NCBI GenBank assembly: GCA_963718665.1
Contig: OY970359.1
Coordinates: 960,001 to 1,024,000 of the forward strand
Length of the DNA stretch: 64,000 bases
From: an uncultured Phycisphaerales bacterium
GTDB taxonomy: Bacteria; Planctomycetota; Phycisphaerae; Sedimentisphaerales; Anaerobacaceae
Reading direction: 5' to 3'
Within the stretch, counting starts at the first letter, position 1. Each line of letters opens with the position of its first letter. The position numbers were made by a program, and so were the translations under genes. Below are positions 29,025 to 39,244 of this stretch, in pieces. The notes beneath the pieces were generated by a model. It had not been told where the DNA came from, searched no databases, and saw only the letters and a list, made by a program, of their open reading frames with translations.

Positions 29025-29681
29025 TTATTCAGACGCGGACATCTTCTGTTTAATAAAGGCAATCGCACCCGGCATCAACGAAATGACAATGATGGCCATA
29101 ATGACAATTGTGAAATGGCTCTTCACAACGGGAATATTGCCGAAGAAATAGCCGCCGAGAACGAATGTGCCCGTCCAGGCAATCGTCCCGCCGATACTGT
29201 AAGCGAGGAACCGCCAGTAAGTCATTCTGCCTATCCCCGCGACAAAAGGAACGAATGTGCGGAAGATGGGCATAAAGCGTGCGATTACGACGGTCTTTCC
29301 GCCGTGCTTTTCGTAGAACCGATGGGTTTCATCGAGATGCTTTTTGCTGAGGATTCGCACGTTTTCCTTGTGGAAAATCTTCGGGCCTACCAGATACCCT
29401 ATCCAGTAATTGGTATTGTCGCCGCAGACCGCCGCCGCGAACAAAAGCGGCCACATAAAACGTATTTCGAGGACGCTGTCTTGCATCGCCGCAAGAGACC
29501 CCGCTGCGAAAAGCAGCGAATCCCCCGGCAAAAATGGCGTTACGACAAGCCCCGTCTCGCAGAAGATGACAATAAAAAGAATCAGATAAACCCATGCGTG
29601 ATACTGCGAGACGACCGTCTCGAGGGTCTTATCGAGGTGAAGAAACAATTCGATTAAATTAATAGTCGCTAACATTTCCAT
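29025..29681 (-). CDS. dedA: DedA family membrane protein
   Basis: FCETGLVVTPFLPGDSLLF, ARFMPIFRTFVPFVAG. Confidence 0.95.
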   Translation of the reverse strand: MEMLATINLIELFLHLDKTLETVVSQYHAWVYLILFIVIFCETGLVVTPFLPGDSLLFAAGSLAAMQDSVLEIRFMWPLLFAAAVCGDNTNYWIGYLVGPKIFHKENVRILSKKHLDETHRFYEKHGGKTVVIARFMPIFRTFVPFVAGIGRMTYWRFLAYSIGGTIAWTGTFVLGGYFFGNIPVVKSHFTIVIMAIIVISLMPGAIAFIKQKMSASE

Positions 29682-29721
29682 CCCCTAACAATATGAAAAA
29701 CCGGCCCTGTTGTCAACCTCG

Positions 29722-29862
29722 CCCCGTGAGATAACAGGTTAGCCCCCAGGTCTGCCTGGGGGCTTGTTTAGCCCGGCAACTTTATTGCCGGGTCATAAAA
29801 ATTGTAGAACTTCCTCATCCGTATTTAGCCCCGCCATCTCCGCCCTTGGCGAGTGGCGGGGT
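29722..29862. repeat. Cluster of REP-like hairpins each starting TTAGCCC
   Basis: Hairpins at 29739-62, 29767-92 and 29824-61, plus a CCCCGTGAGAT half site. Confidence 0.7.
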
Positions 29863-29870
29863 TACTTTTG

Positions 29871-30458
29871 TCATTTCTGCGAATGCGGAAAGTTTAATCG
29901 TGCGAATTGGCCATGATATTTCCTCGCAGCCGCATCGAATGCCTTTGCAGCGTCTTCTTCATTATCGAAATAGCCCAGCCATTTTTTCCCCTCTTTATGT
30001 TTGATTTGTGCTGCCCATTTGTTCATCTTCTTCGCGAAATGCACTCCGACAAATCGAGACGTAGTGTTTCTTCTCTTTGGCCTGTTACAGTTGTTCTGTG
30101 AATGTGTCGCCGGCCGCAAATTGTCCCTGCGATTATCCAGCCCGTTACAATTTATGTGGTCGATAAACAGGCCCGCTGGAGGATTGCAAATAAACCTGTG
30201 CATCGAGGTTAGTTTCGAATGACTGCCCGTCTCTTTGAAAAAACGCACGGCGTAAATACTGTCGAAGTCCTCTTTGATAATCCAGTCCAGCTCGTTTATC
30301 CGGTAAAAGTCCTTTTGGTCAACAATAGCGTATTTGTCTTCGCCCACATGAATCCTGCGAAACTCATACCCGTATTTGCGCCTTCGATACAACCTCGCCG
30401 GCCACGCGCAGATTTTATCTACCCAGTTCGGAACTTTAATTGTCATGCGAATCTTCAT
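29871..30458 (-). CDS. HNH endonuclease with C-terminal AP2 domain
   Basis: MHRFI...IDHINCNGLDNRRDNLR...SQN; TSRFVGV...WAAQI...LGYF..EEDAAKAFD..A. ATG at 30458 with GAGGAG RBS. Confidence 0.9.
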   Translation of the reverse strand: MKIRMTIKVPNWVDKICAWPARLYRRRKYGYEFRRIHVGEDKYAIVDQKDFYRINELDWIIKEDFDSIYAVRFFKETGSHSKLTSMHRFICNPPAGLFIDHINCNGLDNRRDNLRPATHSQNNCNRPKRRNTTSRFVGVHFAKKMNKWAAQIKHKEGKKWLGYFDNEEDAAKAFDAAARKYHGQFARLNFPHSQK

Positions 30459-30464
30459 AATTCT

Positions 30465-30511
30465 TCTCCTCTCGTAGCTTTGCGAAGACCCCGGACTACG
30501 ATCCGGGGCCC
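30465..30511 (-). repeat. REP-like element GGGCCCCGGATCGTAGTCCGGGGTCTTCGC...GCTACGAG
   Basis: Near-identical copy at 44209-44285 and a variant at 44319-44405. Confidence 0.8.
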
Positions 30512-31269
30512 AGAACCGCAGTCGGGGATCCACAAAAACTAAACACTAAAAACTGAAAACTCAAAACTATAGAGGAAGTCGAAGAATCGACTTCCTCTAT
30601 CCTATGGCGCAATCTTCGCGCTTTTGACGAAAACTAAGGGATTTCCTGATGGGGCCAAAAACGATAAGTCCTTATGAAATAAGGAGTAAAAAAATTTTAA
30701 GATTTTTGAATCTAAGGGTTTTCGACCTGCGCGAAAATGGATAACAGTTGTATCATACAACTGTTTGATACAAGTGTTTTATAGGACAGTTGGTATCCAG
30801 AATTTAAGCCGTTATAAGGAAAGATGTTATGGCAAAAATCGTGCCTGAAAAACACGTAAAAATTGGCCTAAAAAATGACCAAAAAACCACGCAAAAACAC
30901 AGAAGATTTTTGAGGTGCGAATCTGCAAGTATTGACAAAAACTGACTTTAACGCTGTTTTTAATGTACCCATATCGCCTGCTTTTCATGTCAAAAATTTG
31001 CGCCTTAGTTAACAAAAGTCGAACACGCCGAAGGCGGGCAATCCTCAACGAAGCATAACGAACAGAGTAAAATTACATTGAGGTATTGCGGCTTTACATC
31101 GTAGCATTGTTGGCTTACAATGAGGCATCGTAACCGGGCAAAAAATGATGATGTTGCCCGCAGTGGTGTCAAGAAGGATCGAGATATGGTCGGCTTCAAA
31201 AAAAGACGCAGTAAAAACAAACGCAAAATACGAGCAACAAAGCAATTACGAAAAAAGAAGAGGCAACAA

Positions 31270-32118
31270 ATGGAACAGCATGACCCGTACAAGGATTTCA
31301 CTAGTCGGCTGAAGTTGATGGCTAGTAAGTTTCCCGATCTCATCACGACCACACTGAGTAATATTTTTACCATGCGATTGATCGGAAATAAGACACACGG
31401 CGACCTCGCGGAAATCGCTATCGCTGAGTTTATTAATCAGTATATGTATGACTTTCGCTCAATCCATGTCGGCAAAGATCTTTACAGAGCTAAGTCCCGC
31501 GAGGAGGACATCACCATCATCAATGAGGTCACAAAAGATGAATTCCCCGTGAGTCTGAAAGCCTACGGAGATGGTCCACTGCAACTCTCAACAGACAAGC
31601 ATATGCGAATGTTTCCAAGACTCGAGAAAGAATCAGACAAAGTTACCGGGAAAGATAACATTGCGAAGATATTCAATGACCCCGCGTTTGAGGAATTCAG
31701 CCATATAAATGTTCTTCCGCTGATTTACAACGAAAAGAAACAGCGTTGCAATATTCTCGTCTTTGACTATGAGAGGGCAAAACAGCAAACAGCCCGCATC
31801 GTCAGAGAGAATGAAGGAAAGGGTAGAACGCACCCTGTATATAGATTCTACGATGGCGAAAACAAATATATATGCGAAGTGAGATACGGCGGTGCGTCGG
31901 CAAACGCGCTACAGCGCGGACTATGGACAAACACCAAGAACGGGCTGAATTATTTTGACAGCGTGACCAATGGATGGATTGATTACTCGCACAACAAAAT
32001 TCTTGTTCAATTGTTTTCTCACGCGCTTGTTTCGTCCAGTACTGGACATGAATCAGCTCTTGTGAAGATCAAAGAAGATATCGTACGACTTAAGCAGATT
32101 GCTGGAATCGAGAAATAA
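31270..32118 (+). CDS. Putative restriction endonuclease (unassigned family)
   Basis: HGDLAE...EEDI...VSLKAYG resembles a PD-(D/E)xK variant; TAATG stop/start coupling to the MTase. ATG at 31270 preferred. Confidence 0.6.
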   Translation: MEQHDPYKDFTSRLKLMASKFPDLITTTLSNIFTMRLIGNKTHGDLAEIAIAEFINQYMYDFRSIHVGKDLYRAKSREEDITIINEVTKDEFPVSLKAYGDGPLQLSTDKHMRMFPRLEKESDKVTGKDNIAKIFNDPAFEEFSHINVLPLIYNEKKQRCNILVFDYERAKQQTARIVRENEGKGRTHPVYRFYDGENKYICEVRYGGASANALQRGLWTNTKNGLNYFDSVTNGWIDYSHNKILVQLFSHALVSSSTGHESALVKIKEDIVRLKQIAGIEK

Positions 32119-33251
32119 TGGAAGAACTGGCACTAATTCCCGACATTGTTTTGGATGCTCCAGACACAGAGGGCATCAAGTATACTGGATCTAAGCTCAA
32201 ATTGTTGCCGTATATCTTGAATCTTGCCAAAAAGGTTCAAGCAAGAAGCGTGTTTGATGGATTCTCTGGAACAACCAGGGTTTCGCAGGCGTTTGCCAAA
32301 CGTGGATATCGGGTGATCGCTAATGATTGTTCTGTATGGTCGCAAGTGTTCGGTACCTGTTATTTACTGAATCACAAAAGTCCCTCGGAGTACCGAGATT
32401 TGATCAATCACCTGAACACTGTAACTCCTACGGATGGCTGGTTTACGCAGCATTACGGGGGCCTTCCAAATGGAGGATTATCCTCTCAAGTGGATGGGCT
32501 GAAAAAACCATGGCAAGTGAAGAATACAAGAAAACTTGATGCCATACGCGATGAGATAGATCGCCTTTCTCTGTCTCCCGTAGACAAAGCAGTGGCATTG
32601 ACAAGCCTTATTCTTGCGCTCGATAAAGTTGACAGCACGATGGGCCACTTCGTGTCATATCTTCGCGATTGGTCGCCACGCTCATATAACGACCTTATTT
32701 TGGATGTGCCGGCCGTTTTCACTACGACAGAGGAGAATCAGGTTTTGCAGGGTGACATCTTCAACATATTGCCCTCAGTTCAGGCAGACCTAGCGTATTT
32801 TGACCCTCCTTACGGATCGAGTAACGAGAAAATGCCGCCGTCCCGTGTTCGATATGCGTCCTATTACCATCCGTGGACTACGATATGCCTCAACGATAAG
32901 CCGCAACTCTTTGGCAAGGTTAATAGAAGAGTTGACACTTCAGACACGGTGGCCGGTTCGATCTTCGAGGAATTTCGGCGAAGCTCATCAGGCAGATTTA
33001 TTGTCGTCGAAGCCATTGAGCAGATGCTCAGAAGCGTGAATTCCCAGTGGATTATTCTTTCATACAGTTCCGGTGGCAGGGCAACTTCAGAAGAATTAAA
33101 TGATGCCATTGCTGCAAGCGGTAGAGTTCTTGTCGTTGAAGAAATTGACTACAAGAAAAATGTCATGGCGGGGATGAAATGGACAAATGATTGGATTCGT
33201 GACGCCGAAGAGCCACACCGTGAATTCCTCTTCTTGATTGAGAAGAAATAG
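32118..33251 (+). CDS. DNA adenine methyltransferase (D12/Dam-like alpha class)
   Basis: IKYTGSKLKL, FDGFSGT, AYFDPPY, ILSYS. Confidence 0.9.
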   Translation: MEELALIPDIVLDAPDTEGIKYTGSKLKLLPYILNLAKKVQARSVFDGFSGTTRVSQAFAKRGYRVIANDCSVWSQVFGTCYLLNHKSPSEYRDLINHLNTVTPTDGWFTQHYGGLPNGGLSSQVDGLKKPWQVKNTRKLDAIRDEIDRLSLSPVDKAVALTSLILALDKVDSTMGHFVSYLRDWSPRSYNDLILDVPAVFTTTEENQVLQGDIFNILPSVQADLAYFDPPYGSSNEKMPPSRVRYASYYHPWTTICLNDKPQLFGKVNRRVDTSDTVAGSIFEEFRRSSSGRFIVVEAIEQMLRSVNSQWIILSYSSGGRATSEELNDAIAASGRVLVVEEIDYKKNVMAGMKWTNDWIRDAEEPHREFLFLIEKK

Positions 33252-33410
33252 AATCCGTTTATTTTTGATATCCACTGCGCTTCGCGTTCAAATCCGCATT
33301 TTTGCTTTTTGCCTTTTGATTTTTGATTTATTGTTGTCTCACTTTACCAACTGTCCAATTGCTAACAGACCGTGTTTATCAGTATTAAAAACGCCATTTT
33401 TGGTCAAAAC

Positions 33411-33438
33411 TTGACTTTTGGCGAATCCCCCCTATAAT
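33411..33438 (+). promoter_or_regulatory. Sigma70-like promoter upstream of dnaG-rpoD
   Basis: TTGACT-N16-TATAAT. Confidence 0.55.
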
Positions 33439-33509
33439 ATAATGGCTCGATAACCCTTTTCTGATAATTCAGCTCCCCAATTTATTAGGGGGGTTTATCG
33501 TTTTACGAA

Positions 33510-33685
33510 ACTTGTCCGCCGTCTTTGTGGCGGATTACCCGCCTAAGGTGGGAGTGGACACGGACGGCCACTAAAATTTAGACACGGATTAACCCCGTGA
33601 GATAGTGAAGCGACATCTCACGGGGTGAACACAGATTTACACTGTTTGTTTTTTACTTTGTAATCTCTGTGTCCTCTGTGGCTGA
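33510..33685. repeat. Composite repeat region with REP palindrome nested in an ACACGGATT-type repeat
   Basis: ACACGGATTAAC[CCCGTGAGAT...ATCTCACGGGGTGAAC]ACAGATTT with AAC on both sides; also TCCGCC...GGCGGA at 33515-33534. Confidence 0.65.
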
Positions 33686-33738
33686 AAAATACGAGGCCTC
33701 AATGGCCAAACTTTTTTGGGGTATATAACACAAGCAAT

Positions 33739-35518
33739 ATGCCGACTTTTGACACAACCTTAATTTCGCGTATTCAGCAGGCCAATGACATTGTCGATGT
33801 CATAGGCGAGCACCTTTCGCTAAAACGCAAGGGACGCGAAATGGTGGGCCTGTGTCCCTTCCACGAAGACCATCGCCCAAGCTTCAACGTCAACCCCACA
33901 AAGCAAATCTTCAAATGCTTCGCCTGCGGCGCGGGCGGCGACGTCGTCAAATTCATCCAGATGCGCGAAGGCCTCTCATTCCCGCAGGCGCTTCATCGCT
34001 TAGCGGACCGCGCAGGAATAAAAATCGAACCCCTTCATCATCGCACGAGCATCGAGAATCGAGAATCGAGTATCGAGGCAGACCCCAACGAGATTGCTCG
34101 CGCCAACGCCTGGGCAGCCAAATACTTCGCAGCCAATCTAGCGCATCCCGAAAAAGGAAAAGACGCGAGGAAATACGTCGCCGAAAGACAGCTCTCCGAT
34201 GAGAGCGTCAGGAATTGGCAAATTGGTCTGGCCCTCGGCGCCGATAATGATTTATTGGCCGCGGCCCGGCAAAAGAAAATACCGGATAAATTGCTTTTGG
34301 CAGCGGGGCTTGTCGTCGGGGCCGGCTCATCGCTCTCCGATAAGTTCGTCTATCGCCTGATGTTCACTATCGCAGACGTTACGGGCAGAATCATCGCATT
34401 CGGCGGAAGGACGCTCACGGGCGAGGGAGCGAAATATATCAATTCGCCTACCACCGCGTTATTCGACAAGAGCAACGCGTTATTCGGCCTCGACCACGCA
34501 CGCCACCAGATGGTCTCATCCGATACGGGCGTCGTCGTCGAAGGTTATACCGATTGCATTATGGCGCATCAATTCGGCGTTTCAAACGTCGTCGCCACTT
34601 TGGGGACAAGCTTCACCGCGGGCCACGCACGCATACTGCGCAGATACGCCAAAAAAGTCGTGCTGCTCTTCGATAGTGACACCGCGGGCCTTGAGGCCGC
34701 AAACCGCGCTGGGCGTTGCGCTTAGTTCGCGAATCGATATCGGCATAGCAAGTGTCCCGCAGGGTAAGGACCCGTGTGATTTCCTCTTAGCCCAGGGCAA
34801 AGAGCCATTTGCGAAACTGATTGCGGATGCGACCGATGTTTTCGAGTTCAAGTGGACCCGCCTCAACGCCAATCTCGGCTCGCAACCCACAATCGCGGGC
34901 AAAAAGCAGGCGGTCGATGAATACTTAGACGCAATCGCCACCGCCATCAACGCGGGCAACCTCTCGCCAATCGAAAAAGGCCTCATCATTAACAGGGTAT
35001 CGAAAGTTATGTCACTCGACGCCAGAGAAATTCACAACGAGCTGAACCGCAGGGCCAGCCGGGTAAGGACCGCCTCATCATATTCCGGCGAGGCAAACGA
35101 GGCGCATGCACCCCTCGATTTAGGCGAAGGGCTTTCCGCGAACGCCCAGCGTGAAATTATTGAAGTGTTGTTGGCGCATCCGTCGATGTTTGACGACGTG
35201 AAAGATAAAATCTCGCCAGCGAATTTCGATATCCCGCCTCTGCGGCAAATCGCGCAGGCGGTTTTCCAGACGCTCGGTGAGCAACCGCGTGCGGCGTTGT
35301 CGGTTATGTGTTCAGCCGTCGAAGACACGCGAATCGCCGGCCTTATGACCACGCTCGAACACGAAGGCGCGGAAAAAGGAAACTTTACCAAGCGATTAGC
35401 CGACGCGCTGGCTGCGTTGGAACACACCGAACAACAGCGGGATAAAACCGCGGCAGGCAAAGGGGATTCTGTTCTGGATGCCTCCAAAGAAAACCGTCGC
35501 AACATGGGAATGATTTGA
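33739..35518 (+). CDS. dnaG: DNA primase, frameshifted at ~34707 (probable 2-bp deletion error)
   Basis: CPFH..CFAC zinc finger, FGGR, KYINSP, VEGYTD, FDSDTAG in the first frame; GKDPCD in the second frame. Restoring 2 nt gives ANRAL. Confidence 0.93.
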
Positions 35519-35553
35519 TTTTGTAATTTTAGAATTTTTTAAGGATACCGATA

Positions 35554-37395
35554 GTGGCGAAGAAAAAAGACACCCATAAGAGCAAAAATCAGGCCTCAGC
35601 CGATAAAATTCGAGCAGACGGGGCCTCACAGGCAAAACCGCAGACACCGGGCGATGCCGAAGCAAAAATCAAGGCGATGATTGAAAAGGGCAAAAAGAAG
35701 GGCTACCTCACTTATGAGGAAATGAACGCCGATTTGCCCGAAGACCTTGTAAGTCCCGCGCGATTAGATACGCTGCTGACTGCGCTGGATGAAATGGGCA
35801 TCAGTTTGATTGATGAAGCGGACGTCGATAAGCACGGCGCGCCCGCGGAAATCGCCGAGGAGGATTTCGAGCCGGTCGAAGCGGAATTGCCCATCGAGCC
35901 GGTCGCCGAAGAAGAGCCGGTCATCATCGAAGAAGATAAACTCATCGAAAAAGAGATTATCGAATCCGAGCCGAACCGAAGAATCGACGACCCCGTCAGG
36001 ACGTACCTCACGCAAATGGGCGAAATCCCCCTGCTCAACAGGGAAAATGAAATTTCGCTTGCCCGCAAAATCGAGGTTTCGCGAATGACCTTTAGGCGCA
36101 AAATGCTCGAAAACGATTATTGCGCCAAAAACTCCGTCGAAATCCTCCAGCAGGTTCAGCAGGGCGGCCTCTCCTTTGACCGGACAATGAAAATCAGCAC
36201 CGCCGAGAACCTCATCCGAAGCGTCATCAAAAAACGCCTGCCTCAGAATCTCAAGACCATCAACGCCCTGCTTGCGATGAACCAGGCCCTCTTCAAGGAA
36301 TTTCTCCATCTTGGCGATTCCCCCAAAGCCGTTCCCGTCCTGCGACGCCTTACGAGGAACCGCAGGCGTATCGCCACGCTCCTCGAAGAGCTTAGCTTGC
36401 GCACCAGCAGGATTGCGCCAGTCAAAGAAAAACTCCACGGAATGGCAGCAAAAATGCACCAGCTGCAGACCATCATCGCCATCGGCCCGACACAGGATTA
36501 CGTCAGAGAAGATATCGACGCGATGAAGCTGGAGCTTGCCGGCATTCAGGACCTCCTCTGCGAGACACCCGCCCAGCTTGACAAACGCCTCTACGTCATC
36601 GAACGCATCTTCGTCCAGTACGAAAAAACCAAGCGTATCCTCTCCAGCGCAAACCTGCACTTGGTCGTCTCCATCGCCAAAAAATACCGCAACCGCGGCC
36701 TCAGCTTTCTGGACTTGATCCAGGAGGGTAACACGGGCCTTATGCGGGCGGTGGATAAATACGAATACCGGCGGGGGTATAAATTCAGCACATACGCGAC
36801 GTGGTGGATAAGACAGGCGATTACCCGGGCGATAGCGGACCACGCGCGCACGATTCGAATACCTGTGCATATGATTGAAACGATGAGCCGGCTGAGGACC
36901 GCGGGCAAAGTGCTCACACAGCGACTCGGCAGAGAACCAACTATCGAGGAAATCGCCAAAGAAGCCGTGATGAGCATCGACGAGGCACGCAGGGTGCTGA
37001 AAATCTCCCGGCATCCTATCTCCTTAGACAGGCCCATCGGCGACAGCGAAGACAGCAACTTCGGCGACTTCATCGAGGACGACGCCGTCGATTCCCCTGT
37101 CTCAACCGCCACCCAGGCAATGCTAAAAGAAAGAATCGAGTCGGTACTCAAGACCCTGTCATACCGTGAACGGGAAATCATCAAACTCCGCTACGGTATC
37201 GGCGATGGCTATACCTATACCCTCGAAGAAGTGGGCAGAATCTTCAAAGTAACCCGCGAACGCGTCAGGCAGGTCGAGGCGAAGGCAATCAGGAAACTCC
37301 AGCACCCCGTCCGGGCACGTAAACTCGAGGGCTTCCTCGACCATAAAAATCAGGCGCCCATCCGGCCATTATCGAAAGATCTTGTTACGCAGTAA
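35554..37395 (+). CDS. rpoD: Primary RNA polymerase sigma factor
   Basis: [50 protein letters not shown]; follows dnaG. Confidence 0.96.
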   Translation: MAKKKDTHKSKNQASADKIRADGASQAKPQTPGDAEAKIKAMIEKGKKKGYLTYEEMNADLPEDLVSPARLDTLLTALDEMGISLIDEADVDKHGAPAEIAEEDFEPVEAELPIEPVAEEEPVIIEEDKLIEKEIIESEPNRRIDDPVRTYLTQMGEIPLLNRENEISLARKIEVSRMTFRRKMLENDYCAKNSVEILQQVQQGGLSFDRTMKISTAENLIRSVIKKRLPQNLKTINALLAMNQALFKEFLHLGDSPKAVPVLRRLTRNRRRIATLLEELSLRTSRIAPVKEKLHGMAAKMHQLQTIIAIGPTQDYVREDIDAMKLELAGIQDLLCETPAQLDKRLYVIERIFVQYEKTKRILSSANLHLVVSIAKKYRNRGLSFLDLIQEGNTGLMRAVDKYEYRRGYKFSTYATWWIRQAITRAIADHARTIRIPVHMIETMSRLRTAGKVLTQRLGREPTIEEIAKEAVMSIDEARRVLKISRHPISLDRPIGDSEDSNFGDFIEDDAVDSPVSTATQAMLKERIESVLKTLSYREREIIKLRYGIGDGYTYTLEEVGRIFKVTRERVRQVEAKAIRKLQHPVRARKLEGFLDHKNQAPIRPLSKDLVTQ

Positions 37396-37419
37396 ATGAA
37401 ATTGAGGTAAAGAGATCGT

Positions 37420-37552
37420 TCGTGCGCGCGTAGTCCGCTATCGCGCGGGTAATCGCCTGGCGAATCCACCACGTGGCGTATGTGCTGAACTTATAACCCC
37501 GCCGGTATTCGTATTTATCCACCGCCCGCATAAGCCCTGTGTTGCCCTCCTG
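37420..37552 (-). repeat. Inverted 133-bp partial copy of rpoD region 2 (36721-36853)
   Basis: Manual alignment gives 122/133 identical; 10 of the 11 differences are synonymous. Confidence 0.92.
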
Positions 37553-37860
37553 ATTGGGTTTGTGCCCCCGACTCCCTATCAGGAAGGGGCAGGATGGGTA
37601 AGGCCCTATAAATATGGGCTAAATGACACAGAAATCAGACCTAAGACGCCAGACGCCAGAAACAAGAGGCAGAGCCACAGGATACAAGGGGGTACATAAG
37701 GCGGATTTTTTATTTTTTTTTGTTTGATTTGGGGTGGGTTGTGGTATAATACTAACTTTACAGGGAGGATATCCCAGCGTCCCTCAGGATTATCCTCAAA
37801 TTTAAGAACAGTGAGGGGCAAAATTTTAGTTTGTGGTCCGCAAGGGCCAAAGGAGTTACA

Positions 37861-38064
37861 GTGAGTACAGGCAAAGTAAAGTGGTTTAACGGCAAAAAAG
37901 GGTTTGGATTCATTATCCCCGATGATGGCGGCGAAGAGCTGTTTGTTCATCATTCGGAGATCAAGATGAGCGGCTATGCCGACCTTAAAGAAGGTCAGGC
38001 GGTGCAGTTTGATATCGGACAGGGCAAAAAAGGCCCCTGTGCGGTCAACGTAGTGCCTCAATAA
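37861..38064 (+). CDS. Cold-shock protein
   Basis: GKVKWFN..KGFGFI...LFVHHS; GTG start after AGGAG. Confidence 0.95.
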   Translation: MSTGKVKWFNGKKGFGFIIPDDGGEELFVHHSEIKMSGYADLKEGQAVQFDIGQGKKGPCAVNVVPQ

Positions 38065-38087
38065 TTAACCGAAAATTAAACCGGAAT

Positions 38088-38124
38088 AAAGGCCTCGTCC
38101 GAAAAGACGGGGCCTTTTTCTTTT
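38088..38124 (+). terminator. Intrinsic terminator after the cold-shock gene
   Basis: AAAGGCCTCGTC-cgaaaa-GACGGGGCCTTT followed by T-rich sequence. Confidence 0.8.
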
Positions 38125-38139
38125 AATTGGAAAGGCTGA

Positions 38140-39195
38140 TTATATCTTTTTGGGGAGATGAAAAGCTGCGATTATTCCAGCAGCTATTGATGCGAGGAGA
38201 GCAAATGTCGTAATTATAAATTTCGCCTTATCGGGTAATTGTGAATTTGATAGTGTCGTTATTGCCTGAGGAGCCGCCAATAATACTCCGATAAGGAGTC
38301 CAATAAATAAATTACGTACCCACATGCCAGATATTATTAATCGGACATCAAAGTCAAACTTTCCAATTTTATCACTGGATAGGTCGGAACCCCTAAAAAT
38401 GGATAACGCAGCATCCTCAGAAGTTGTCGTAGGAGCAGTCTGAATACGAACAAGTTTAACATCGTATCTTGAATTTACTTCCAATGTTGAATTGCTTGTT
38501 ATTGTAATTGAAGACGTTTCTGTCTGTAATCGAAAAAAAGCGTTACTTTTACCTTCAGAAGGGTGAAAATGATATAGTTCCATCTCATATGTCCTTGCTG
38601 GTTTTAATTTAAATGCTCCATATTCAAGCAAGACATTTTCCTCAGTGCATATGTCTCTAATTCCTTTAAAGATATAAAAGCATTTTTCGGCAACAAAGTC
38701 TGGCCTTTGGGCAACTTGCGTTACAATGCTCTCCCAAGTGGCAAGTTCCTTAGAAGATATAAGTGGAAATGGTTTATTTTCATCAATCTCAAAACAATAA
38801 CGACCGACAGGACGACCATCTTGTCCCCATGTTGGCACATCGTTGCTTGTGAACGTTCTTATTTCATTAGTAAAAGGTTCTAAATTTTCAGCATAAGCAA
38901 ATTCTTGTAGGCAAAGCCCCAATGTAACGGTGGTGCCGTGTATTTTTGCATCACTTATTAAAGCGAATCGACATGGTATGAGATCGGGCGTCTTACTCTT
39001 ATCATGCTGATCAATATAAGAAATCAATGTTCTACTGCCTTCACATGTCCCATTTCTGATTTTATCATGGACTTGGGGGGCAACCCATTTGAGATTATAT
39101 CGGAATTGGAGCCGCGATCCTTCTGGCATTGCCAAAGCAAGGATAATATCTTGTCTATATCTCTCTCTTGCACCTGACGAAAGACAAATGAACAT
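38140..39195 (-). CDS. Hypothetical protein with two C-terminal TM helices (putative effector)
   Basis: ATG at 39195 after AAAGGAG; N-terminal YRQDI..LA.P.G..LQFRY..KWV; C-terminal hydrophobic pair. Confidence 0.75.
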   Translation of the reverse strand: MFICLSSGARERYRQDIILALAMPEGSRLQFRYNLKWVAPQVHDKIRNGTCEGSRTLISYIDQHDKSKTPDLIPCRFALISDAKIHGTTVTLGLCLQEFAYAENLEPFTNEIRTFTSNDVPTWGQDGRPVGRYCFEIDENKPFPLISSKELATWESIVTQVAQRPDFVAEKCFYIFKGIRDICTEENVLLEYGAFKLKPARTYEMELYHFHPSEGKSNAFFRLQTETSSITITSNSTLEVNSRYDVKLVRIQTAPTTTSEDAALSIFRGSDLSSDKIGKFDFDVRLIISGMWVRNLFIGLLIGVLLAAPQAITTLSNSQLPDKAKFIITTFALLASIAAGIIAAFHLPKKI

Positions 39196-39244
39196 AAATA
39201 ACTCCTTTCTTTCGAGCCTTAACAATAAATAGCTGAATAATATT

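Noticed and set aside
31120..31269. Basic N-terminal extension of the putative endonuclease
   Set aside because: A-rich low-complexity sequence; a better RBS and ATG exist at 31270.
34676..34725. Programmed ribosomal frameshift in dnaG
   Set aside because: No slippery heptamer; a dinucleotide deletion in a GC run explains it more simply.
35764..37014. 416-aa antisense ORF and other long shadow ORFs
   Set aside because: They lie opposite well-supported genes (here rpoD) and have no protein motifs.
36721..37552. rpoD fragment as a DGR TR/VR pair
   Set aside because: Mismatches are at synonymous positions of all base types, and no reverse transcriptase is present.
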